In this document: piece by piece, positions 1 to 6,792 of the stretch
Layout of the letters: the number at the start of each line of letters is the position of its first letter
Numbering within the stretch: position 1 is the first letter of the stretch
Assembly: GCA_964620085.1 (NCBI GenBank)
Contig: CAZUIQ010000006.1
Span: 1 to 39,926, forward strand
Origin: an uncultured Candidatus Saccharibacteria bacterium
GTDB taxonomy: Bacteria > Patescibacteriota > Minisyncoccia > Phycocordibacterales > UBA1006
DNA: 39,926 nt
Reading direction: 5' to 3'
Position numbers and translations under genes: made by a program
Notes under the pieces: generated by a model
Databases searched by the model: none
Seen by the model: only the letters and a program-made list of their open reading frames with translations
Told to the model about the DNA's origin: nothing

Positions 1-55
1 TGTACGGTCATGTACTTAGTCTAGTAAAAAGTGCCAAATGTGTTTAGAGATTACC
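1..55. repeat. left terminal inverted repeat (55 nt, perfect)
   Basis: nt 1-55 are the exact reverse complement of 39872-39926; imperfect similarity continues to nt 71. Confidence 0.95.
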
Positions 56-63
56 GAAGTCTA

Positions 64-92
64 TTGACATATTATAGTATGTATGATATTAT
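64..92 (+). promoter_or_regulatory. sigma70-type promoter TTGACA-17-TGaTATTAT
   Basis: -35 at 64-69, extended -10 at 84-92; upstream of ORF 129-608. Confidence 0.55.
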
Positions 93-128
93 CATACATG
101 AATACATTTTTTTACTAAAATAGAGCAA

Positions 129-608
129 ATGTTCAAACACATCAAACTTACCGAAGAAACTGCAGATTTAGTACTCTCCCTCTTAAGAGAAGCCACTAGC
201 GAATACGCAGTAACTATTTTCTCTTTTCATGTTGCCACTAAGAACAACTATCTTGAAATCTTTAAAAAAGAACAAGGTGTTCATGGCTCAGAAAAAATTC
301 TTAAGGAGGTGCAAGATCCTCACTACAAAAAGCAGTTTTTACAAAAGTTTTTATCTGATACACTAGATATCGAATTCCTTAGAAATGAAGGGAAAAATAG
401 TATCAAGTATTATGGAAAACAACAGCAACGATTGAAAAATTTTCTACCCTTTGGTACCGATTTCTTTTTCGAAGAAGGCAATAAGTACGCTGTGAGTATC
501 TACACAAGAAAAGGCAGTCCTTTAACTGATGTAAGCATATTCACAGTAAAGACAGCATCTGATTACTTACGAGATATCGTCTCTCAACAGAGGCAGATGA
601 ACGATTAA
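129..608 (+). CDS. hypothetical protein (159 aa)
   Basis: ATG ORF between a TTGACA-17-TGaTATTAT promoter (64-92) and a stem-loop/T-run terminator (646-674); no motif recognised. Confidence 0.55.
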   Translation: MFKHIKLTEETADLVLSLLREATSEYAVTIFSFHVATKNNYLEIFKKEQGVHGSEKILKEVQDPHYKKQFLQKFLSDTLDIEFLRNEGKNSIKYYGKQQQRLKNFLPFGTDFFFEEGNKYAVSIYTRKGSPLTDVSIFTVKTASDYLRDIVSQQRQMND

Positions 609-645
609 TACTCTCAGTATCGTAATGATTCGACCATTCTTAAAG

Positions 646-674
646 TCCGAACTCGAAAGAGTACGGATTTTTTA
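646..674 (+). terminator. intrinsic terminator (9-bp stem with 1 mismatch, GAAA loop, T6)
   Basis: TCCGAACTC-GAAA-GAGTACGGA-TTTTTT between the convergent ORF 129-608 and grpE. Confidence 0.7.
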
Positions 675-1304
675 TTTCATCTTCCAAACAACAACCCTTG
701 CTGGCCTAATTACTCGTTCTCCCATCAGATACCCTTTCTGAATAATCCGTTCGATTTTGTGATCAAGATTTACATCATCTGTTTCCTTGGTTTCAATTGG
801 TTCATGCCTATTAGGATCGAATTCAACACCGACTTGATCAATAGGACTAATCCCATTATTCTCAAGTGCGGTTTTTAATTGACTGTAGATATATTCAACA
901 CCCACGCGCCAATTTTTATCTACCGCCTCCCATGCAGCCGCATTCCCCATCGCCATATCAAAACTATCCAAGGTTGGGAGAAAATCTCCGAGAACTTTTT
1001 CCGTAGTTTTTTTCTTGGTCGTATCACGAACCTCATCAAGCTCTTTTTTCAAGTTTACATAATCCGCACGTGCACGCTGAAGAGCGGTGAGATGTTCACG
1101 AGACTCTTTTTGAGACACTTTCAAATCAGTCCTAAGATCTTTAAGCTTTTGCTTGTCTTTTTTTTCATCTCCCACCCAATCAAGCTCCTCGAATTCGACA
1201 TCGTCAATATCCTCTGCCCCGTGGAGCTCGTCATCGAGCGAAATGGGGTCGGCTTCAATTTCCGCCTTCTCTAGAGTTGGGTCATTGTATATATCGTCGT
1301 TCAT
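672..1304 (-). CDS. grpE: nucleotide exchange factor GrpE
   Basis: Acidic N-terminus, coiled-coil region, and a GrpE-type C-terminus (FLPTLDSFDMAM ... FDPNRHEPI ... QKGYLMGERVIRPARVVV). Confidence 0.9.
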   Translation of the reverse strand: MNDDIYNDPTLEKAEIEADPISLDDELHGAEDIDDVEFEELDWVGDEKKDKQKLKDLRTDLKVSQKESREHLTALQRARADYVNLKKELDEVRDTTKKKTTEKVLGDFLPTLDSFDMAMGNAAAWEAVDKNWRVGVEYIYSQLKTALENNGISPIDQVGVEFDPNRHEPIETKETDDVNLDHKIERIIQKGYLMGERVIRPARVVVWKMK

Positions 1305-1358
1305 ATGGTGGTATTATACATAATTTCAAGAAGTTTAACAGCCAAGAAAAAAGCCTTT

Positions 1359-1532
1359 CTATCCAAATAGATAAGCATGGCTTCCTATATCCAATAAAGC
1401 AAGCACTAAAACACCTTGTTCAATTTTATACACTAAAAGCAAGTCACCTTGAATATGACACTCTCTGACACCTCCGTGTTTGAGACGTTGATATGATTTT
1501 TTAAATTCCTCTGTTTCATGAATCCTATACAC
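1359..1532 (-). pseudogene. YafQ/RelE-family toxin remnant (57 codons, GTG start, about 35 central residues missing)
   Basis: My own translation gives VYRIHETEEFKKSYQRLKHGGVRECHIQGDLLLVYKIEQGVLVLALLDIGSHAYLFG. The N-terminal (FKKSYQRL) and C-terminal (RECHI..D.LL.Y ... GSH..LFG) blocks match YafQ-family toxins, but the helix-loop segment between them is absent. It lies 15 nt downstream of the DinJ-like antitoxin. Confidence 0.6.
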
Positions 1533-1547
1533 GAAACAGTATTATAG

Positions 1548-1811
1548 CTAAGACTTATCTAAATCGTCAAATAACTCTTTTGCTGTTTTATACGCCTTAC
1601 CATTTTTGATTGCATCAGCAATTTGCGCATCCCAAAAAGACCTTGGTTTTCCAGACAAAAGCATTGTGGGCTTAAACGGCAATCCTTTATCCACAACCAC
1701 CTGATTCAAAAACATTTTAATAGCGGAAGACATATCCAATCCCAAAGAAGCCAGCATCTTCGCCGCTTGAGCTTTTACTTTTGCATCGATTCGAATATTT
1801 AAAGTAGTCAT
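1548..1811 (-). CDS. type II antitoxin, RelB/DinJ family
   Basis: N-terminal ribbon-helix-helix pattern (TLNIRIDAKVKAQAAKMLASLGLDMSSAIKMFLNQVV) typical of DinJ/RelB; toxin-like ORF immediately downstream. Confidence 0.8.
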   Translation of the reverse strand: MTTLNIRIDAKVKAQAAKMLASLGLDMSSAIKMFLNQVVVDKGLPFKPTMLLSGKPRSFWDAQIADAIKNGKAYKTAKELFDDLDKS

Positions 1812-1817
1812 ATGGGT

Positions 1818-1862
1818 AGTATATACGATGTAATTACAATGTCAATACAGGTGTTCACACCT
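1818..1862 (-). promoter_or_regulatory. antitoxin promoter TTGACA-16-TATACT with an upstream 6-bp inverted repeat
   Basis: -35 at 1840-1845 and -10 at 1818-1823, only 6 nt before the ATG (leaderless type); inverted repeat AGGTGT-N2-ACACCT at 1849-1862 is a candidate operator. Confidence 0.55.
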
Positions 1863-1934
1863 TGACAAAAGTTTTAAAAAGTATACTCTCATTATAAGAA
1901 AACTATTTTCATAACTAATTAAACACTGCGAAAA

Positions 1935-2369
1935 ATGAAATCTTGTATTCTTACTAAGGAAAACCTCGAAACATTGGTCCGCGAACTGGCCGAGTTCACC
2001 AAAGACAGGAACTACTGGCTAGGTATCTCCTGTGGGAGAATAGAGCATGTAGAAGATCCAAGTCATGACTGGTTCAGAGGAGTAGGCACATTTGAGAGAG
2101 TTGTAAAACTGTCTTTTTATGAAAATCATAATGGTTACGGAATTCAGATTCGTCACATAAATTCAGTGGATAATTTATCTGTAACACCCGAAGATGATAT
2201 TATTTTTTTCGGATCAGAAATTATAATTAACGGTAACGATCTTCTTTATTTCGAAAATAATAGGAACATCTCTCCAAGTGGCGATACCTGCCTCTATATG
2301 GAATGGACTGTATCACGGAATGAAAAATATTCTTCTCAAAAAAGACAACTAACCTGTTCAGGCAACTGA
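1935..2369 (+). CDS. hypothetical protein (144 aa)
   Basis: ATG ORF ending inside a perfect 9-bp terminator hairpin (2353-2381); no motif recognised. Confidence 0.55.
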   Translation: MKSCILTKENLETLVRELAEFTKDRNYWLGISCGRIEHVEDPSHDWFRGVGTFERVVKLSFYENHNGYGIQIRHINSVDNLSVTPEDDIIFFGSEIIINGNDLLYFENNRNISPSGDTCLYMEWTVSRNEKYSSQKRQLTCSGN

Positions 2370-2381
2370 ACAGGTTTTTTT
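2353..2381 (+). terminator. intrinsic terminator (perfect 9-bp stem, T7)
   Basis: CCTGTTCAG-GCAA-CTGAACAGG-TTTTTTT. Confidence 0.85.
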
Positions 2382-2403
2382 CTATTTTAAAAAAATCCCA
2401 CAA

Positions 2404-2424
2404 CAAAAAATCCCTCTCGGGGAA
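2404..2424 (-). terminator. weak intrinsic terminator after rpsI
   Basis: Minus strand TCCC-CGAGA-GGGA followed by T6. Confidence 0.35.
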
Positions 2425-2479
2425 ATTTGTAAAACGAATTATCGCTTTGACCTCTCGACAAGCTCGAGGCAAGCCGCTG

Positions 2480-2887
2480 CTAACGTTTACTCCACTGAGA
2501 ACTCTTTCGAGCCTTCTTGTGTCCGAACTTACGTCGTTCCTTAGAACGCGCATCTCGTTTCAAGAATCCAAGTTTTTTCACTTCAGTCTTTACAGACTCA
2601 TCAGTCTGAGAAAGAGCTCGAGCGATTCCATGGCGAATTGCTTCAGCTTGAGAATGAGTCCCACCTCCCTTTACTACTACAGTAATGGTGTAGTTCTTAG
2701 CATCCTTAAGTTTGAACAATGCCTCCATTGCAACCTTCACGAGATCCTTGGTTGGAAAGTATGCGTCTGCTGGCTTGTCGTTGATAACGAGTGAATTCTT
2801 AGCTGCTTCCGTAATACGAATACGAGCCGAAGATGTTTTTCGACGACCAGTAGCAGCTATATAATTTTGAGATTTTGTAGCTGTCAT
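2480..2887 (-). CDS. rpsI: 30S ribosomal protein S9
   Basis: GGG.H.QA.AIRHGIARAL and a C-terminal basic tail ending SKR. Confidence 0.95.
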   Translation of the reverse strand: MTATKSQNYIAATGRRKTSSARIRITEAAKNSLVINDKPADAYFPTKDLVKVAMEALFKLKDAKNYTITVVVKGGGTHSQAEAIRHGIARALSQTDESVKTEVKKLGFLKRDARSKERRKFGHKKARKSSQWSKR

Positions 2888-2888
2888 A

Positions 2889-3230
2889 TTAGTCGTTGAT
2901 GATTAAGTTCTTAAGCATATCTGTTCGAAGTTTATTTCGAGGAAGCATTCCACGAATCGTTCGCATCAGCACTTCTCGAATACCACGACGATCTTTTAAG
3001 TGTCCTCGTGTTTCAATTTTCTGACCACCTGGATATCCAGAATAGGTCTGAAGCTCTTCGTTTAATCGTCGTTCTGAGAGGTCTAGTTTCGAAGCATTTT
3101 CGATCGTAACTTTTACATCAGAAATTTTATTGGGTGCAAAACCCGTATCCATCTTCCCTCGCAAGTAACTTGCGGCGAGACTGGTGACACGGCCAAGCTT
3201 TTTCCCTGTTGCATCAATAGTGAATTCCAT
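2889..3230 (-). CDS. rplM: 50S ribosomal protein L13 (short form, 113 aa)
   Basis: DATGKKLGRVTS.AA..LRGK and IRGMLPRNKL motifs; directly upstream of rpsI as in the conserved rplM-rpsI operon. Confidence 0.9.
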   Translation of the reverse strand: MEFTIDATGKKLGRVTSLAASYLRGKMDTGFAPNKISDVKVTIENASKLDLSERRLNEELQTYSGYPGGQKIETRGHLKDRRGIREVLMRTIRGMLPRNKLRTDMLKNLIIND

Positions 3231-3260
3231 AATTTAATAATTAGATAATAATTTCGGTGT

Positions 3261-3302
3261 CCCTCTCCACGATAGTGGAGAGGGTGGCATTGCGTAGCAA
3301 TG
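3261..3302 (-). other. two GC-rich hairpins between rplQ and rplM
   Basis: CCCTCTCCAC-GATA-GTGGAGAGGG (perfect 10 bp) and CATTGC-GTA-GCAATG. Confidence 0.6.
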
Positions 3303-3312
3303 ACGGGTGAGG

Positions 3313-3669
3313 TTATACGAACTCGATAATCGCCATTTCACTTCCATCTGAAAGACGATTTGGCAATTTCATGATTCGTAGATACCCTCCCTTTCGGTCG
3401 GTATATTTCGGAGCGTAGTCCTTGATCAGTACTTGTGCAACATCGAGTTGCCCCCCCATTTCTGCGGTGAGCAATCGAATTGCAGCAAGATCAGATCCAG
3501 ACTTGGCACGGGTTACCATCTTTTCAACCATAGGTCGAATTTCCTTGGCACGAGGAAGCGTTGTTTGAATACGTCCGTGAAGTACGAGCGCTCGCACAAG
3601 ACTTCTCAAGAATCCCTTGCGAACTTTTCGTTCGCGTCCGAATTTTCGTTTGTTGTCGTGATGTCTCAT
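3313..3669 (-). CDS. rplQ: 50S ribosomal protein L17
   Basis: MRH..NKRKFGRE...R..LRSL N-terminus and GGY.RI.KL..R.SDG C-terminus. Confidence 0.95.
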   Translation of the reverse strand: MRHHDNKRKFGRERKVRKGFLRSLVRALVLHGRIQTTLPRAKEIRPMVEKMVTRAKSGSDLAAIRLLTAEMGGQLDVAQVLIKDYAPKYTDRKGGYLRIMKLPNRLSDGSEMAIIEFV

Positions 3670-3696
3670 AATAATTTGATTAATCTCTAAATAAGT

Positions 3697-4674
3697 TTAC
3701 TTTTTGAGTGCGAGACCATAATTGGTAAGCACGTCCTTTACTTCATTTAATCCTTTGTCCCCAAATCCATCAAGCTCGAGAAGTCCTTCCTCGGTTTTTT
3801 GGATAAGACCACCCACCGTTCGGATACCTGCATCTGAAAGTGCGTTGAGAGTTCGTGTTGAAAGCTGAAGTGAATCAATTCGTGTTTTCAAAACCTCAGT
3901 AAGATCCTCCTTGTCCATAGACTCATCATCTTTGACAGTTCCTGTTGTTACAGATACCGGCATTTCAACATGAGTTTTTGCAATTTCCTTGAGATCAAGA
4001 ATCGCTCGAAACTGTTCAAGCATGATTTTCATCGCATCCTCGAGAGCCACCTTTGGTTCGATAGAACCATCAGTTTCAATAACAAGACGAAGTCGATTGT
4101 AGTTCGTTCGATCTCCAACACGCATATCTTCAACATCATAACTACATCCTACGATAGGAGAGAATCGGGCATCCGTCATAATCGTTCCGATGTCTACCTT
4201 CTCTTTTGAAAGCATTTCTCGAGAAACAAATCCTAATCCCTTTTCAACAACTACTTCGATGTTGAGCTCTGCACCCTTTCCTGTAACTTCACCAATATAT
4301 TGATCTGGTGTGGTTACAACCAATTGTCCAGATGTTTGAAAATCAGAAGCTTTTACGACACCACTTTTTACAGAGAGTGTTGCGGTTGCTGACTCATCAC
4401 CGGTCAATTGAAAGCGAACTTTTTTCAAATTAAGAATCATAGTGATAACATCTTCTCGAACACCTTCAAGTGTTGAGAACTCATGCTCAACTCCTTTGAT
4501 CTTTACTTGAGTAATCGCAGCACCAGGAACCGATGAAAGAATGATTCTTCGCAATGAGTTTCCAAGTGTATGACCATACCCTGGGTAAAGTCCTTCGATT
4601 TCATATACTCCTTGTGTGGAATCTTCTGAAACAGTTTTTAGTTTTGAAGGCAAGACAATTGATAGTGACATCAT
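3697..4674 (-). CDS. rpoA: DNA-directed RNA polymerase subunit alpha
   Basis: GHTLGNSLRRIILSSVPGAAI in the N-terminal domain; LQLSTRTLNALSDAGIRTVGGLI in the C-terminal domain. Confidence 0.95.
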   Translation of the reverse strand: MMSLSIVLPSKLKTVSEDSTQGVYEIEGLYPGYGHTLGNSLRRIILSSVPGAAITQVKIKGVEHEFSTLEGVREDVITMILNLKKVRFQLTGDESATATLSVKSGVVKASDFQTSGQLVVTTPDQYIGEVTGKGAELNIEVVVEKGLGFVSREMLSKEKVDIGTIMTDARFSPIVGCSYDVEDMRVGDRTNYNRLRLVIETDGSIEPKVALEDAMKIMLEQFRAILDLKEIAKTHVEMPVSVTTGTVKDDESMDKEDLTEVLKTRIDSLQLSTRTLNALSDAGIRTVGGLIQKTEEGLLELDGFGDKGLNEVKDVLTNYGLALKK

Positions 4675-4765
4675 AATGATTGGTGTAAGTTATGAGCGAA
4701 TAAAATGAATAAAGAACACTGAGTTTTGGGATATATCCCACGCCGCCCTACGGGCTATGCGGGAC

Positions 4766-5368
4766 CTATCGGCTGTAGAACTCGATTACTACCTGGAAAT
4801 TCAAGAACGGATCTGGATTTTTAGGCTCTCCTGAGATTTTTGCAGTAACTGCTGAATCATCGTAGGTAAACCAATCAGGTTTTTTAATCGCTTTCAATTT
4901 TGTTGCAACATCAGTAAAGAGCTTTGTGGTCTTACTTCCTTCGCGAATTGCGATTACATCATTCTGCTTGAGAGCATATGATGGGATAGTAAGTTTCTTA
5001 CTATTTACGGTGAAGTGTCCGTGAGATACCATCTGTCGCGCAAGCGCTCGAGTATTGGCAAATCCAAGACGATATACGGCGTTATCAAGTCGTTCCTCAA
5101 GCTGTTTGAACAAAAGGTCTGCAGGTGTGGTTCCTTTTTTACCATGCTCCATGGCATAGGTAACATAGTTAGAAAATTGCTTTTCTCGAACTCCGTACAT
5201 AAAACGAACTTTTTGTTTTTCAATCAACTGATTTCCGAAGTCTGAACGTCGTCCCCCTTTCTTACCTTTCTTGGTAACAGGTTCTGACTGTGCAAATTTT
5301 GCGGTCTGACATTTTTCATAGATACCGGCACCAAGGCGTCGGCACAATTTATATTTTTTCTGTGTCAT
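4766..5368 (-). CDS. rpsD: 30S ribosomal protein S4
   Basis: RLDNAVYRLGFANTRALARQMVSHGHFTVN (S4 RNA-binding domain); operon position. Confidence 0.95.
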   Translation of the reverse strand: MTQKKYKLCRRLGAGIYEKCQTAKFAQSEPVTKKGKKGGRRSDFGNQLIEKQKVRFMYGVREKQFSNYVTYAMEHGKKGTTPADLLFKQLEERLDNAVYRLGFANTRALARQMVSHGHFTVNSKKLTIPSYALKQNDVIAIREGSKTTKLFTDVATKLKAIKKPDWFTYDDSAVTAKISGEPKNPDPFLNFQVVIEFYSR

Positions 5369-5382
5369 ATATATTTATGTGA

Positions 5383-5817
5383 TTATACTCGTCGAGCCTT
5401 CTTAGGTCGTGGACCATTAAAAGGCACTGGTGTGCGATCCTTGATTGATACAATATCAATTCCCTTTGCAGAGAATGATCGGATTGCTGATTCTCGACCA
5501 GAACCTACACCTCGAACAACAACATGAACCTCTTTCAGTCCAATCATTTGAGCTTTTTCAGCAAGTACTTCACCGATCTTTGCCGCAGCAAAAGGTGTTC
5601 CCTTTTTAGCCCCTTTGAAACCAAGAGCTCCTGAAGAAGATGACATCACGGCATTTCCATCCATATCTGTGAGTAATGCCTTTGTGTTATTAAAAGTTGA
5701 TTGCACGTGCAAAATTCCCACCACTAATTTTTTCTTTGGTGTACGAGAAACAGCCCGATCGCGGAGACTCTTGTCAACCCTTTGTCCTTCTGTTTTTACA
5801 ATTCGTTTTTTTCCCAT
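5383..5817 (-). CDS. rpsK: 30S ribosomal protein S11
   Basis: GFKGAKKGTPFAA ... VRGVGSGRESAIR ... I.D.TP.P.NG.RP.K.RR. Confidence 0.95.
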   Translation of the reverse strand: MGKKRIVKTEGQRVDKSLRDRAVSRTPKKKLVVGILHVQSTFNNTKALLTDMDGNAVMSSSSGALGFKGAKKGTPFAAAKIGEVLAEKAQMIGLKEVHVVVRGVGSGRESAIRSFSAKGIDIVSIKDRTPVPFNGPRPKKARRV

Positions 5818-5832
5818 ATGTTTAGAAGTTAA

Positions 5833-6216
5833 TTAGGTCTTAGATTCTTTCTTACGACCAGATCCCATGGTGAGACGCTTGTTTCCTCGAACCGTTCGAG
5901 AATTCGTCTTGGTACGTTGACCTCGACTAGGAAGGTTGCGTGAGTGACGCGTTCCTCGGTAACTACCGATATCTTTTAATCGTTTGATGTTTTGACCAAT
6001 TTCACGAGTAAGATTTCCTTCAAGTTTCATAGTTTCAACAATCTTACGGATTGCTGCCTCTTCGTCTGAAGTCAAATCTTTGATCTTTTTCTTTGGATCA
6101 ACAGATGCTTGTTGAGCAATAGAAAGTCCCGCTGGAATACCGATGCCGTAAATAGCAGCTGCAAGTCCGTACTGAACATTTTTATTTTCTGGTAATGTAA
6201 TTCCTAGAAGTCGCAT
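5833..6216 (-). CDS. rpsM: 30S ribosomal protein S13
   Basis: IGSYRGTRHSRNLPSRGQRTKTNSRT motif. Confidence 0.95.
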   Translation of the reverse strand: MRLLGITLPENKNVQYGLAAAIYGIGIPAGLSIAQQASVDPKKKIKDLTSDEEAAIRKIVETMKLEGNLTREIGQNIKRLKDIGSYRGTRHSRNLPSRGQRTKTNSRTVRGNKRLTMGSGRKKESKT

Positions 6217-6234
6217 ATAATGTGAATACTAAAA

Positions 6235-6351
6235 TTAACCCTGTCGAGCTTTATGTCGAGGATTTTTTTTGTTAATGCGATACAAACGACCTTTTCGTCG
6301 AACGATTTTGTCATCCGGACTAATTTTTTTGATTGATGATCGAATTTTCAT
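6235..6351 (-). CDS. rpmJ: 50S ribosomal protein L36 (cysteine-free type)
   Basis: Not in the ORF track. My translation is [38 protein letters not shown] (38 aa). It sits between infA and rpsM as expected. Confidence 0.85.
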   Translation of the reverse strand: MKIRSSIKKISPDDKIVRRKGRLYRINKKNPRHKARQG

Positions 6352-6439
6352 GATCGGTATCTATATTTGCTAATAAACGCTTACTACTAATATTTTGCCT
6401 TACGGCCAGAATAGCTGGTCAAAAAATAACAAGAGAGAT

Positions 6440-6655
6440 TTACGCTCTCTTCACAATTCTTCCTTTACCTCCATAGGGTTCAAGGAGCACATGAACCGTG
6501 TCACCAATCAATACTTTGATACGATGAAGTTTCATTTTGCCAGAAAGGTACGCAACTTGTACGTTACCATCTTGAAATCGCACCCGAAACATTGCGTTTG
6601 GGAGCGCTTCGAGGACTTCTGCTGTTACGATTAATTTATCGTCTGTTTGTACCAT
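6440..6655 (-). CDS. infA: translation initiation factor IF-1
   Basis: LPNAMFRV...GKM....I.VL.GD.V.V...PY....GRIV.R. The ATG at 6655 is preferred over the TTG at 6679 because the predicted promoter -10 (6670-6675) lies inside the longer ORF. Confidence 0.9.
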   Translation of the reverse strand: MVQTDDKLIVTAEVLEALPNAMFRVRFQDGNVQVAYLSGKMKLHRIKVLIGDTVHVLLEPYGGKGRIVKRA

Positions 6656-6669
6656 GTGCAGTAATTTGA

Positions 6670-6698
6670 ATCTTAGCAAATATATAAAACAATGTCAA
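6670..6698 (-). promoter_or_regulatory. infA-operon promoter TTGACA-17-TAAGAT
   Basis: -35 at 6693-6698, -10 at 6670-6675, 14 nt before the infA ATG. Confidence 0.55.
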
Positions 6699-6709
6699 CC
6701 AATTATAAC

Positions 6710-6718
6710 TTATCCACA
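6710..6718 (+). promoter_or_regulatory. perfect DnaA-box consensus TTATCCACA
   Basis: Exact 9-mer 11 nt upstream of the infA -35 box. Confidence 0.4.
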
Positions 6719-6792
6719 GAAAAACGTCTTATATTACAATGGTTTTAAAAGTTGAACAAGTTTTATTTTTAAGTCAATAGGTAAAATTAGAA

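Noticed and set aside
1-55. Interpreting the terminal inverted repeats as telomeres of a complete linear plasmid or phage.
   Set aside because: The segment carries core chromosomal genes (ribosomal proteins, rpoA, alaS, dnaE, smc, rnc) and has no replication-initiator, terminal-protein or packaging genes. A flanking inverted repeat or an assembly k-mer overlap is more plausible.
879-1274. Antisense or alternative-frame track ORFs inside well-supported genes. Examples: 879-1274, 2227-2553, 2447-2794, 3433-3690, 3970-4209, 5005-5245, 7169-7471, 9709-10020, 23616-24017, 28453-28899, 31050-31349 and 35990-36307.
   Set aside because: Each overlaps a gene with strong family motifs, either on the opposite strand or in another frame, and their translations are low-complexity or motif-free. 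They are shadow ORFs typical of AT-rich DNA.
1277-1468. Plus-strand 63-aa ORF between grpE and the antitoxin.
   Set aside because: The minus strand of the same DNA encodes a frame with clear YafQ-family N- and C-terminal blocks directly downstream of the DinJ-like gene. The plus-strand product has no motif and no promoter.
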